DNA of 52,125 bases from Phycisphaerae bacterium. GTDB lineage: Bacteria > Planctomycetota > Phycisphaerae > WQYP01. Below, piece by piece: positions 1 through 9,884 of the stretch. The position numbers were made by a program, and so were the translations under genes. The stretch lies in the NCBI GenBank assembly GCA_044344145.1, contig JBIJDM010000001.1, positions 1-52,125 on the forward strand, written 5' to 3'. The notes below the pieces were generated by a model that was given only the letters and a program-made list of their open reading frames with translations, searched no databases and was not told where the DNA came from. Position 1 is the first letter of the stretch; each line of letters begins with the position of its first letter.

Positions 1-1403
1 AGAATCGCGAGGGCTTCCTGACGCCCCTTCCATTCCTTGCCGCTGCGCAGCAGATATTTCTCGGTCACCATCTCCAGAATCGGGCCAACATTCTGCGACA
101 TACCGCCATGCACCAGCACCAGCGAGTCTTCCAGCGCCTGCCGCGCTGCGGGCGATACTTCCTCATCGGTCAGAATATGATGGTTGGGCAGCAGCCGCCC
201 CTGACTGATGCCATATTCGGGATCAGTGGGCCCGGCCACCGCGCCGGTGATGAGTTTCATGCCCGGCCAGATACCGCCGGAGTCCTGCCAGCCGCCGCCG
301 GAACCGCCCAGCCATTCGCCCAGAATCGCGCGGGCCGCGACGGTGCGGCGATCGGGTTCGTTAAGCGGTCCGGTAAAGGCCTGCGTCTGGCCGGTGGCGC
401 GCATACACGCCGAAATCATCGCGCCCAGCAGATTGGTCGAGACCGCTAAACGCGATCCTTTGGGAATATTGTTGACATTGCTGACCAGTTCCAGCCCAAG
501 CCCCGGCCCGACCATGCGGGTCAGCAGGTCCTGCAAACTCGCCCCCGAGCCTTCCATGCCCGGTGGTACCAGCCCGGCGGCAATCACCGCGGCCTTCAGC
601 AGTGACAGATAATCACGCGCAAAGTCGAACATCTCGACCAGATCGCGCACGTCGGCGCGGGCGCCCAAGTCCACACTCACCAGCCGGATGACCGGCTCGT
701 CAATCACGCGCAGATACGCTTCCACCGGGGGCTTGGGCGACTTGTCGCGGCCATGCACCGCCAGATCAATCGAGACATTCAGCACCCGCGCACCCTGAGG
801 ATAATCCATCCCCAGAAAGAAAATATCGCTCCAGGCGCAATGTGACAAATCCATGCGCACGGCCGTGGACTCGGCCAGAATCGGATACGTGCCGCTCTGG
901 GCACTGCGGTGTAACATTTCGGGGCGAATCCGCAGCGGTTGATCGTGGGGATGGCCGATGCGGAACATCCATTGATTGCCGCGCACACTGCGCACCGACC
1001 GGCGCACTTGGGATGCCAACGTCTGGAAACTGACATCGTGATACGCCGCAGCCAAGGCGCTGAAAATCCCATCCGTAGCGCCGCTGGTTTGCAGCGTGGC
1101 CCGGAAGGTATCAATCGCTTCTTCAAAACGCCGGTTGAGCAGATGCTCGAAACCCTCATAACTGATCAGCCCCGGCGTGGTGGTCGTTAGCGCGGTCGGC
1201 AGGTGATAACGATACAACGCATGCAGAAAAAACATCGCGCGGACACGCTGATACAGGTTGGTTTCCTGCCGGCGGTAGGTATCCAGTTCATCCGCCCAGC
1301 GCAGCAGCACGTCCACCGGCTGACCGGCCACGGCCACTTCCACAGCCCGGTGCCGCAAGGCGGAATCCTGCGCCCGCAAAATATCCAAAAGAGGGTTGCT
1401 CAT
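1..1403 (-). CDS. Fucokinase-type GHMP-family sugar kinase with ~270-aa N-terminal domain of unknown function (partial, C-terminus beyond left window edge)
   Basis: Absent from the ORF track because it runs off the edge. ATG at 1403-1401 ([23 protein letters not shown]...) and the frame checked open at several points down to base 1. GHMP motif-II-like [19 protein letters not shown] (around 430-480) and [12 protein letters not shown] (around 265-300), both read in frame from the reverse complement. Confidence 0.6.
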   Translation of the reverse strand, partial: MSNPLLDILRAQDSALRHRAVEVAVAGQPVDVLLRWADELDTYRRQETNLYQRVRAMFFLHALYRYHLPTALTTTTPGLISYEGFEHLLNRRFEEAIDTFRATLQTSGATDGIFSALAAAYHDVSFQTLASQVRRSVRSVRGNQWMFRIGHPHDQPLRIRPEMLHRSAQSGTYPILAESTAVRMDLSHCAWSDIFFLGMDYPQGARVLNVSIDLAVHGRDKSPKPPVEAYLRVIDEPVIRLVSVDLGARADVRDLVEMFDFARDYLSLLKAAVIAAGLVPPGMEGSGASLQDLLTRMVGPGLGLELVSNVNNIPKGSRLAVSTNLLGAMISACMRATGQTQAFTGPLNEPDRRTVAARAILGEWLGGSGGGWQDSGGIWPGMKLITGAVAGPTDPEYGISQGRLLPNHHILTDEEVSPAARQALEDSLVLVHGGMSQNVGPILEMVTEKYLLRSGKEWKGRQEALAI

Positions 1404-1417
1404 GTTGCGCGATCCCG

Positions 1418-2266
1418 TTAGTTGCCCAGGCCCTGCTGCCGCAGTGCCAACTGCTCGACCAGCATGGCCAATACTTCATCGCGATTCTCACCCGCCAGCG
1501 CCAGGGCCAACTGCGTCTGCAGCAGCCCGTATCGCGTACCCAGATCATACCGGGTGCCGCGCATCTGCAGGGCCACATAACGTTCACGCCCGATCAATTC
1601 CCGCAGCGCCGCGGCCAGCGGGACGCGTGTGCCCCCCTCCACCAGCCGGGCCAGAATGTCCATCACTGCCGGGGTGAGGACATGCATCCCGAAGAAACAC
1701 AAATAATGCCCCGCCCGCAGTCCGGGAATCAGCAATTGCTGTTCGGCCTGAGTAGGCGTGGGTTTTTCAATCAATTCTTCCACTTCGTACAAATCCTCGG
1801 TCTGGGCGACCCGCCGCCCCCCCACCACGCCGTAATACGGCAGCATGGTTTCGCGCGTGGCCTGCACCGCCGAGACGCTGCAACGCAATTCCTGCGCCCG
1901 CGCCACCAATTGCGCCGCACAGCGCTGCGTGGTGCCACTGAGCCATACATGATCGCCCACCAGATGCAGAAAACTCTCCCCCGCCACAAAATCCCGGGCA
2001 CATAACAGCGCCTGGCCATAACCCAGCGGCTGCGTCTGCTCCAGCAAGGTCATCCGCCCGGCCAAATCCCCGGCCGCCTTGGTATAGGCGTCCGCATCGC
2101 TGGGGGCATGGATCACCGCGATGCCTTCAATACCCGCCGCCAATGCCTCTTCCAACAGCAACCGCAGGGCGGTTTTTTCCTGTCCATCCCGGTCCACCAG
2201 AGTATGTAAAGGGAGGGATCGCTGGCCGCGACTGGCCGCCGTAATGACCGCTTTGGTTACGCGCAT
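1418..2266 (-). CDS. Sugar-1-phosphate nucleotidyltransferase, GalU/UGPase-like
   Basis: 282-aa ORF. N-terminal [15 protein letters not shown] is a divergent GxGTRxLP-type loop. An [13 protein letters not shown] (VEKP-type) motif and the length are typical of UTP-glucose-1-phosphate uridylyltransferases. Lies 14 bp upstream of the kinase gene on the same strand. Confidence 0.7.
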   Translation of the reverse strand: MRVTKAVITAASRGQRSLPLHTLVDRDGQEKTALRLLLEEALAAGIEGIAVIHAPSDADAYTKAAGDLAGRMTLLEQTQPLGYGQALLCARDFVAGESFLHLVGDHVWLSGTTQRCAAQLVARAQELRCSVSAVQATRETMLPYYGVVGGRRVAQTEDLYEVEELIEKPTPTQAEQQLLIPGLRAGHYLCFFGMHVLTPAVMDILARLVEGGTRVPLAAALRELIGRERYVALQMRGTRYDLGTRYGLLQTQLALALAGENRDEVLAMLVEQLALRQQGLGN

Positions 2267-2345
2267 GTTTCACCTGTGCAAATTGGTTGTCCGAGCCATG
2301 CTGGTACACACCCATAGGATAGGCTAAACGTTCATATTGAGCAAT

Positions 2346-2381
2346 ATAAAAAACCCGCGCGGCCCGTTATGACGGGGCGGG
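2346..2381 (-). terminator. Hairpin plus T6 downstream of, and overlapping, the SRPBCC gene stop
   Basis: Minus strand reads CCCGC-CCCGT-cata-ACGGG-cc-GCGGG followed by TTTTTTATATT (A-run 2348-2353 on the plus strand). Confidence 0.4.
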
Positions 2382-2894
2382 GGTTTCATCCACCCGTCGG
2401 ATCAGCACCGGATCCGTCATACACGCTTCGTCCGCCCGCTCCCCGAGAATAATTTCGGCGATTTTGAGCTGTCGGTATTCAAAAATATATTGCAGTTGCC
2501 GGGCCACCATCAGCCCATGCACCGCCTGCCCTAATACCCCCCAGGGCATGCGATAATCCACACAGTCCCCCACCAGCGTTCCCCCGACCGAATCGGTAAA
2601 CTTGTGCCGATGCCACCAGGACGCATACGGCCCGTGTATTTGCGTGTCTTCAAACTCCACCGGCGGATTGTACCGGGCAATCCGGGAACGCCATTTCATC
2701 GGCATCCCCAGCCACCGCATCGTGTAATCCAGCTCGCAGCCGGAACGCAACGTAATCGGCGCGGGGGTGGTAATCGTAAACCGCAACCACGGCGGGGTAA
2801 TCCGGCGCAGATTGTGGGCATCGGCAAAGAACGCAAACGCCTCAGCGCGTTCCAACGGCAACCACATCTCACAACTTAACCGATACAACGCCAT
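2367..2894 (-). CDS. SRPBCC-superfamily ligand-binding protein (COG4276-like)
   Basis: ORF 2367..2939. I prefer the ATG at 2894 (MALYRLSCEMWLPLERAEAFAFFADAHNLRRITPPWL...). The pattern of a conserved N-terminus and W-rich beta-grip is typical of SRPBCC/cyclase-dehydrase-like proteins. Confidence 0.6.
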   Translation of the reverse strand: MALYRLSCEMWLPLERAEAFAFFADAHNLRRITPPWLRFTITTPAPITLRSGCELDYTMRWLGMPMKWRSRIARYNPPVEFEDTQIHGPYASWWHRHKFTDSVGGTLVGDCVDYRMPWGVLGQAVHGLMVARQLQYIFEYRQLKIAEIILGERADEACMTDPVLIRRVDETPAPS

Positions 2895-2992
2895 GGATGA
2901 TTCCTTACGCAAACACAGATAGTATATCCAGAAATGCACCGGGGGTTAGGTTTGGCCCCAACCCCAGTTCTTTCAACGGAATTGGGCTGGTT

Positions 2993-3544
2993 TTATTTCA
3001 AACCCGCCGTCTGGTGCCAACTGGCCAACGCCGCATCCGCCTGCCGTTCGATCCCATCGCGCCCTTCCAGGGTAATCAGCTTGCCCTGTGCGTCCACAAT
3101 CACCAATGCGGGGATGCCCTCTACCTGATAATGGTTGGCCAGCTTGCGTGTCAGTTCCATGTCATACGGCACCGTCGCCCATTTCATCCCGGTCTCTTCC
3201 ATGTAATCCGACTTGGCTTTTTCGTCTTTGTCAAAACTCACGAATACCACCTCAAAATTATCACTGTTAGCATCCCGGAACGCCACCAGTTTGGGCGTAA
3301 AGGTCCGGCACGGCGGGCACCAATGCGCGGAAAAATACAGTCCCACTACCTTGCCTTTAAGATGTGAAGCACTCACTGGCCGACCGGCAGAATCGATCAT
3401 TTGCTTGGAAAATACCTTCAGCAGATCAGCATCAACGCTGCCGGTGCTGGGCGCAAACCAACTGCCACCCTTATTCTTGCTGGCGTAGATGTAGTACCCG
3501 CCCCCCAGCACCACCAGCAATAACAACACATAACTCCACCGCAT
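2993..3544 (-). CDS. Membrane-anchored thioredoxin-like (TlpA/nucleoredoxin-like) protein
   Basis: 183 aa. N-terminal TM helix (WSYVLLLLVVLGGGYYIY), a WCPPC redox motif, and an AAGGAG RBS upstream of the ATG at 3544. Confidence 0.75.
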   Translation of the reverse strand: MRWSYVLLLLVVLGGGYYIYASKNKGGSWFAPSTGSVDADLLKVFSKQMIDSAGRPVSASHLKGKVVGLYFSAHWCPPCRTFTPKLVAFRDANSDNFEVVFVSFDKDEKAKSDYMEETGMKWATVPYDMELTRKLANHYQVEGIPALVIVDAQGKLITLEGRDGIERQADAALASWHQTAGLK

Positions 3545-3661
3545 GGTTAACTCCTTAACCGGGCGACAATTAACACATCCACACAGACGATCTTATGGCG
3601 CCAGGTGGTAGCAATGCAAACCGTGCGGTAAACTGTGCGGTTTTATTGGAGTTAATTGCCC

Positions 3662-4528
3662 ATGGCCGCCCTGCAACCCACGCGTGACCAATCTGGTCTG
3701 GATAAACTCGTCATTGCCAATACCGCCTGCACCGGCGAAATTTACCTCCAAGGCGGACATGTCACCCGCTGGCAACCCACCGGCGCCAAGCCCGTGCTGT
3801 TTATGTCCGAAAAGAGCTGGTTTGCCGCCGATAAGCCCATCCGTGGCGGGGTGCCCCTGTGTCTGCCGTGGTTTGGCCCGCGCGGCAACGCCCCCGCCAG
3901 CGCCACCCCGAGTCCGGCGCACGGTTTTGTGCGCCTGCGCCCCTGGCGGGTCTGTGCCGCCCGGCCGGAGGCCGATGCCCATGAAGTCGTGCTGGAAACC
4001 ACCCACAACGGCCAAAGCTATGACTGGCCCCAAGCCTTCAGCGTGCACCATGCCCTGCACATAGGCAAGCAATTGGATATGATCCTGACCGTCACCAACA
4101 CCGGCGCGACCCCCATGACCTTCGAAGCGGCCCAACACACCTATTTCGCCGTCTCCGATGTGCGCCAGGTCACCGTGGACGGTCTGGATGGCACCGATTA
4201 TCTGGATAAGGTGGACGGTGCCAAACGCAAAACCCAGTCCGGCCCCATCACCATCACCGGCGAAACCGACCGTATCTATCTCGACACCACCGGCGACCTG
4301 ATCATCGTGGACCCCCTCTGGCAGCGCCGCATCCGCGTGCACAAAGAAAACAGCCGCAACACCGTGGTCTGGAACCCGTGGATTGACAAGGCCAAAGCCA
4401 TGCCGGACTTCGGCGACGAAGAATGGCCGGGCATGATCTGCGTGGAAACGTGCAACGTGAAAGATGACGCGGTAACCCTGGTCCCGGGCGAAAGCCATGT
4501 AATGGCGACGACGATTACGGTGGAATAA
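3662..4528 (+). CDS. D-hexose-6-phosphate mutarotase (aldose 1-epimerase family, YeaD-like)
   Basis: ORF 3656..4528, with an ATG at 3662 preceded by GGAG. Motifs GGHVTRWQP, KPIRGGVPLCLPWFG and WNPW are typical of glucose-6-phosphate 1-epimerases. Confidence 0.75.
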   Translation: MAALQPTRDQSGLDKLVIANTACTGEIYLQGGHVTRWQPTGAKPVLFMSEKSWFAADKPIRGGVPLCLPWFGPRGNAPASATPSPAHGFVRLRPWRVCAARPEADAHEVVLETTHNGQSYDWPQAFSVHHALHIGKQLDMILTVTNTGATPMTFEAAQHTYFAVSDVRQVTVDGLDGTDYLDKVDGAKRKTQSGPITITGETDRIYLDTTGDLIIVDPLWQRRIRVHKENSRNTVVWNPWIDKAKAMPDFGDEEWPGMICVETCNVKDDAVTLVPGESHVMATTITVE

Positions 4529-4569
4529 GGGTTCCGTCAGCAGCGTGTGGCCGTCAATCGCCGACTTTA

Positions 4570-5283
4570 TCACTCTGACATCAATCGCGGTACCGGTGTA
4601 ATGATAATTTGATGGCGGGTGACAATGATCGCATCCACATACTGGTGCATGCCATATGGCCCCTGATAGAGCTGATGCCTTTTCGCAAATTCTTCCCCGG
4701 TACCATCCCAATCAGTTCCACCTTCCAGATTTAGATACTTGAATGCACGATCCGGGTCTACACCAGCTAGTCGAATCCATGATGCGTCGTAAAAAAGAGA
4801 ATCTCTTATTTGCCCAATCAAGTAATTGCGAAGCCGTCGATCTTGGCTCTCAGGAAACAGTGCCCAGAACGCTTCGTAAGTCATGTCAGTATCTTTGGCG
4901 TAAGGTGGGATAAACACCAAGTCACGTCCCGTTAATTCTTTGACTACCAAACCAAATTTTTTGTTTCGGTTTTGTTCCGTTACTGGCGGTAATTGACATT
5001 GCATCAATTCCAGAATCTCCGCCTGCGTACAGAAGGACATCTCCGTCGGCCGTAAACCTCCGGTACCCCAATCCGGTGCACATGGGTATACAATGGGGAT
5101 GTTGGCCATATAAAAATCCCCCACTTTGAATGGTTGTGTGGAACTGGTAGCGATCAGGCTTGGCGCCGTTTCGGCCATTTTCTCCGGTACAGACGCATGC
5201 GGAGACCGGCAGGCGTACATATACCAAGCACCATTCGTAGCCAATAGCAAAACCACCAGAAGCAAATAAAACCAACGTTTCAT
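4570..5283 (-). CDS. Hypothetical membrane-anchored protein
   Basis: ORF 4570..5391. Likely start is the ATG at 5283 (MKRWFYLLLVVLLLATNGAWYMY, a signal anchor). I recognise no motif. The region is visibly more AT-rich than its flanks. Confidence 0.6.
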   Translation of the reverse strand: MKRWFYLLLVVLLLATNGAWYMYACRSPHASVPEKMAETAPSLIATSSTQPFKVGDFYMANIPIVYPCAPDWGTGGLRPTEMSFCTQAEILELMQCQLPPVTEQNRNKKFGLVVKELTGRDLVFIPPYAKDTDMTYEAFWALFPESQDRRLRNYLIGQIRDSLFYDASWIRLAGVDPDRAFKYLNLEGGTDWDGTGEEFAKRHQLYQGPYGMHQYVDAIIVTRHQIIITPVPRLMSE

Positions 5284-5387
5284 GGTGAGACTCCCTATGC
5301 AGCATAACAAGCGTAACGATGAGAACTCATGGCGCCGGTTTGACCGCTGGCATAATCCGGTCCGGCATTCCGATACATCCCGGCCTG

Positions 5388-5876
5388 TCACTTTTTTTCC
5401 AATACCGCACCAGTACCATCCGCATCCGCAAATCCGATACGCACTTTGTAGCCCGAGGATGAGTTACTCCAATACAGCAACGCCGCCTGATATACACTGC
5501 CAATCCCACCGTTCACATCGGTTGCGGGATCAAATCGCCTCCCCGTAGCGCGATCTCTGCCGTATTCAAACATATCATAATCATCCGCAATACTAATATC
5601 ATACAATATTACTTCCCGCGTAAAACCACCATAGCCCCGCGTATTATACTTCCAGTGTCCCGTTGAGGTAGAAACGACACGACCTCCCGCTGCCGGGGTA
5701 TAACGCAATTCATAGGTGCAATCACCGCTGGCCAATAACTCCAAACGGGCCTCTAAGTGGGCGTATCCTATCGTCTCGTAAACACCCGGGACGTCGGTGG
5801 CGCTGGGCGGGGAGCAGCCCACCAGCCCTGACATACAGAGGAGTGCACATAACAACCATCGCAGCGCATGCTTCAT
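5388..5876 (-). CDS. Hypothetical lipoprotein
   Basis: 162 aa. Signal peptide with lipobox (LCMSGLVGC|SPP), GGGGTGA RBS-like sequence upstream. No recognisable domain. Confidence 0.65.
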   Translation of the reverse strand: MKHALRWLLCALLCMSGLVGCSPPSATDVPGVYETIGYAHLEARLELLASGDCTYELRYTPAAGGRVVSTSTGHWKYNTRGYGGFTREVILYDISIADDYDMFEYGRDRATGRRFDPATDVNGGIGSVYQAALLYWSNSSSGYKVRIGFADADGTGAVLEKK

Positions 5877-6271
5877 TGAATCACCCCAATATTATCCTGC
5901 CCAACTAACCGTGGGGGCAAGGATCGTGCGGACTGTAATTCTTTGGTCATGCGCGTTCCCATCAAGGTGCAGAACCAGAAGCCACGTCTAAGTTCCACGC
6001 AGGCAGTCTATCCGCGGACCGGGGGCGGAGCAAGAAATTTGGCTGAATATGCCCGGACGCAACAAGGTGGTCATATCGGCTTAAGATGGTGCTAGTTAGC
6101 CTGAAAAACCCCGGTATTCACCGCACAAATAACCCCGAAAAATAGTCCGTTTCCCTTGACACCCCGGCCCGTTACCCCGATGATTATCCCCCATACGGAG
6201 CAGGTGTACTGCGGCACGTCGTATGACGCGCAAATGTTTCTGTGGCAAGCTCTTCTGGATGTATCGGTACC

Positions 6272-9019
6272 ATGATCATCACGAGCAAAAGTCGTATTAC
6301 GTTTATGTGGATTGTCTTGGCGATTCTGCCCTGGGTGGCAGTAATCTTCAAGGACAAGGTCATGGGCATTGCCTTCACCTTCTCCATGCGGAAGTTCATC
6401 GAGAACCCCGCCGCCCTGACGTTTCTCCTCACCATACCGGCGTACGTATCCTGGATTATCCCGCCGGTGGTCAACTTCGTTGCGGACCGCATCTGGACCC
6501 GCTGGGGACGGCGCAAGCCCTTCATCGTGGTCTCGTGGATCGGGACCATCACCTGCATCACCTTTATGCCTCTGGCCCCCAGTTTCGGCTGGCTGCTGGC
6601 GGCCTACATCGCCTTCAGTATCTTCAACGACATGGGCGGTCCGGTCGAAAGCCTGAAGATGGAAATCGTCCCCCCGGCCCAGCGCGGCACCAGTCAGGCC
6701 GTCTTTTCCTGGGTAGCCCAGGTCGCGGTGCTGGTGTTCTGGGTGGTGGCCATCGGCCGTTTCAACGAAATGACCAGCATGTTCGGCATCCCCATCTCCG
6801 GCGAGCAGGGGCTGTTTTGGACCGTCTCTCTGGGTATGCTGGTGATGTTGCTGTTCTTGACGTTGGGCATCAAAGAAACCAACCCCCACTCCGCGCTGCT
6901 GGGCCAAAAGTTCAGTTTCCGCAATGTGTTCGGAGGCCTGTTCAGTAATCATCTCTGGCCGGTCTACATTCTGGTCTTCTCGGTGGGGATTTTGGGCACC
7001 GGCCTGGGAGCCTTTAATCTGCTGCTGACCACCGAACAATGGGGTTATACCAATCAGGAAATGGGCACCAATATCATGGTCGGTGGGATCATCAACCTGA
7101 TGCTGATCCCGCTGCTGGGTATGCTGGCCAACAAGGTTGGCCGGGGCAAGGTGTATGTCAGTCTGGTCATGATCGGTATTGTGCTGAACTTCACGATGTA
7201 TCTGTATTACAACTTCATCCTGTATGACGCCCGGCCGACTCTGATCGAAATGATTGTTTTTGGGGAAATGATGTCCGTTACCGGGATTCTCACCGGCATG
7301 GCCTTGACCCCCTTCCAATATGATTTCATCCCGCGTAATGAACTGGGCACCTTTGCCGCCGGTTCCAGTCTGGTCAATCGCGTGACCGGGATTGTCACCG
7401 CCAATTTGATGGGCTTGTTTGTCTGGGGTTATGCTTCGCTGTTTCTGGGGCCAGCGGGTGAAATGGTGCGGGTAACGCTCCATGAAGACACACCCCAAGC
7501 TCAGGTACGTAGCGCCGTCAGTCAGGCCCGTTGGCATAATCCCGAGACGCTGGAACCGCTGACCGACCCCAAAATCACCGCCCGTCCCTGGTATGCCACC
7601 GGCGCGGTGCTGACGCATGGGCACGGATATGAAATCCGCCTCCGTAACGACTTCAGCGCCGCCATCCGCACCCAGCGTGATCGCTTGGAAGAAAAACGGG
7701 GCGAATACCGCGCCCGCCGGGGTTACTTTACCACCCAGCTACGGAGCCTGTCGGGCCAAAGTACTAATGTCACCACCACGGCCCCCGCCAGTGCCGAGAG
7801 CTTTGCGCATGTGGGGGTCACGACCATCCCCGGCAATGAAAACGCGATCCGGGTGATCATGCTGCTGGAACCGGGTGCCACCACCACCCAAGCGGCAACC
7901 GGGCCCACTACCGCACCCGCCACAGCGCCAACCACCGCCGCCACTACCGCACCCACGACGGCCTTGTTGGCGACGGAAGTGGTAAACAGCAACAACGTAC
8001 AGGCCTTTGCCGACAAAGTTATCGCGCAAAGCAAAATTGCCAGTGATAATATCAAACGGGCAGGGCAGGGAAGTCCGCAGAGCAAAATCGCCAGCGTAAC
8101 GACCAGTCTGGACGCCGAACGAGCCGGTGAAGAAGTGTTGAGCGCGGGGATCAAGCAACTGGATGACGCGCTGGAAGCCCGGGCGAAGGAATTCCGCGAT
8201 CAGATTCAAAAGAATCTGGCCCCGCTGATCATGCCGGACGGGGAGCAAGTCCTGAACTCCGGGCTGCAGCCGGCGGTCCTGGCCATGTTCCCACTCAAAG
8301 TCCGGCCGGAATCCGACAGTGTCGAAAAGACGCTGGACCGGATGCGCCGCGCCGACCCGGCCATCATTGATATGCGGGTGGTTGTCAACGGCGAACAAGT
8401 ACAACTGGCGATCAGCCGCAATCTGAGCGGAACCGAGTTGGCCGCCAGCGCTGCCCAGATAAGTACCAGCCTGCAGGCCCACGCCCTGAAAGGATTGCAG
8501 CAAGCCATGAACTGGCCGCCGGCCCTGCCCACCGTGCAGGCCGCCCAGGCTTTGGAAATGGACTTGCGGATTCTGGAAGATCCGTTGGATCGTCATCCCT
8601 CACCCATCAGCCGGGTGGTGAATGCGATCACCGGGGTCTTTACCGATCCACCGGCCCCTGAACAACGGCTGAACGCGCTGGCCCGTAATTTGCGTCGCAC
8701 TCAGGCGGACGTCAAAATCAAAACTCCTCCCGAGGCCGTCCAAACACGTTTGAACAAATTACTGGATACCCCCACGGCTCAAGCCGCGGCCACGCTGTAT
8801 GCCAAAACCATGACTGCCGCCAAGGAACAGCGCATCACCATCGCCCATCCGGTGGTGGAGGCCAGTTATGCCAAACAGCAGTACGACTATCTGGCTGGTT
8901 ATGTGGGCATTTTTGTGATGCAGTTAATCGGCCTGGGTATTACTTTTTACTTCCTTGCCATGGTTCGCAAGGGCAAGGTTCGTCGGCGCGGTGCCGAAGA
9001 AGCGGAGGCCATCAAATGA
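6272..9019 (+). CDS. GPH/MFS-type transporter with ~470-aa hydrophilic insertion before the last TM helix
   Basis: ORF 6242..9019; the start may be the GTG at 6242 or the ATG at 6272. ADRIWTRWGRRKP motif after TM2. About 11 hydrophobic segments in the first ~410 aa. These are followed by a long hydrophilic region including a TTAPATAPTTAATTAPTT linker, then a single C-terminal TM (YLAGYVGIFVMQLIGLGITFYFLAMV). Confidence 0.7.
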   Translation: MIITSKSRITFMWIVLAILPWVAVIFKDKVMGIAFTFSMRKFIENPAALTFLLTIPAYVSWIIPPVVNFVADRIWTRWGRRKPFIVVSWIGTITCITFMPLAPSFGWLLAAYIAFSIFNDMGGPVESLKMEIVPPAQRGTSQAVFSWVAQVAVLVFWVVAIGRFNEMTSMFGIPISGEQGLFWTVSLGMLVMLLFLTLGIKETNPHSALLGQKFSFRNVFGGLFSNHLWPVYILVFSVGILGTGLGAFNLLLTTEQWGYTNQEMGTNIMVGGIINLMLIPLLGMLANKVGRGKVYVSLVMIGIVLNFTMYLYYNFILYDARPTLIEMIVFGEMMSVTGILTGMALTPFQYDFIPRNELGTFAAGSSLVNRVTGIVTANLMGLFVWGYASLFLGPAGEMVRVTLHEDTPQAQVRSAVSQARWHNPETLEPLTDPKITARPWYATGAVLTHGHGYEIRLRNDFSAAIRTQRDRLEEKRGEYRARRGYFTTQLRSLSGQSTNVTTTAPASAESFAHVGVTTIPGNENAIRVIMLLEPGATTTQAATGPTTAPATAPTTAATTAPTTALLATEVVNSNNVQAFADKVIAQSKIASDNIKRAGQGSPQSKIASVTTSLDAERAGEEVLSAGIKQLDDALEARAKEFRDQIQKNLAPLIMPDGEQVLNSGLQPAVLAMFPLKVRPESDSVEKTLDRMRRADPAIIDMRVVVNGEQVQLAISRNLSGTELAASAAQISTSLQAHALKGLQQAMNWPPALPTVQAAQALEMDLRILEDPLDRHPSPISRVVNAITGVFTDPPAPEQRLNALARNLRRTQADVKIKTPPEAVQTRLNKLLDTPTAQAAATLYAKTMTAAKEQRITIAHPVVEASYAKQQYDYLAGYVGIFVMQLIGLGITFYFLAMVRKGKVRRRGAEEAEAIK

Positions 9020-9639
9020 GCACCCTAACCCCCAATAATGCAACCACCCCCGCGCCCCGGCACCAAATCTATATCCCGGGTTATGCCGTGGCCAAACTGG
9101 GACTCGCCTGTGTGGGTTTGACCCTGCTGGCGGCCTCGTTGTATGAACTCATCCCGCTGGGGAAACTGGCATTCTTCGGCGGCAGCACCCGCGCGGAGGC
9201 GGTACGGATGGTCCTGACCGATAATTCGGGCCAAGGTCGGGTCTTGACCAGTGACGCCGAAGTCCAAAGTGCGATGAAAGTGCTGGAAGAAACCCGCGAC
9301 CGGGTTTCGGCCTTCTGGCTGGAATATCGGATCAATGTTGACGGCAAGCTTGTGGAAGTTCGCGCCCCGCTGGGCCAGCACGTCAAGCCGTTGCAGATGC
9401 TCCGTGATAACGATGGCTTGCCCTCCACCACCCCGATCTGGTATGACCGGGATAATCCCAGCCATATTGCCCTGCCCATGCAAATCGGCACCTGGTTCAT
9501 GCCCGGTATGCTGGTACTCTTCGGATCATTGGGCACCTTCATGGGCTGCATCCTGTTCCTGAACGCCAAAAAACCCATCGAAATGCCCGACCTAAGCCGT
9601 TCCCACGGCGAACAGGACGCGGGTAAAGCGAAGGCGTGA
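9016..9639 (+). CDS. Two-TM membrane protein, DUF3592-like topology
   Basis: 207 aa. The ATG overlaps the upstream stop (ATGA at 9016-9019). TM (LGLACVGLTLLAASLY), a ~120-aa loop domain, then TM (WFMPGMLVLFGSLGTFMGCILFL). The family name is from memory of that architecture. Confidence 0.6.
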   Translation: MSTLTPNNATTPAPRHQIYIPGYAVAKLGLACVGLTLLAASLYELIPLGKLAFFGGSTRAEAVRMVLTDNSGQGRVLTSDAEVQSAMKVLEETRDRVSAFWLEYRINVDGKLVEVRAPLGQHVKPLQMLRDNDGLPSTTPIWYDRDNPSHIALPMQIGTWFMPGMLVLFGSLGTFMGCILFLNAKKPIEMPDLSRSHGEQDAGKAKA

Positions 9640-9664
9640 GGCAAAACAAATTACCCTGATATAC

Positions 9665-9701
9665 GGCGCGCGGAGCATACGCTCCCCGCGCCGTTTTTTT
9701 T
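9665..9701 (+). terminator. Rho-independent terminator after the 6272-9639 operon
   Basis: GGCGCGCGGAGC-atac-GCTCCCCGCGCC (one C.C mismatch) followed by GTTTTTTTT. Confidence 0.75.
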
Positions 9702-9772
9702 GGCCAAAGCAGCGGCGGCGCGTAACAAAACATCAGGAATTTGCGTGGGGAATTTCACTGACAAAGGGGGAC

Positions 9773-9846
<74 letters not shown>

Positions 9847-9884
9847 TTCATCATATGGGGCTTGGGGCCGCACATGAAGGAGTT

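Noticed and set aside
6092-7624. 510-aa minus-strand ORF opposite the MFS-fusion gene
   Set aside because: An antisense shadow, H/Q/G/D-rich with no hydrophobic core or motif. The plus-strand gene has a clear transporter signature.
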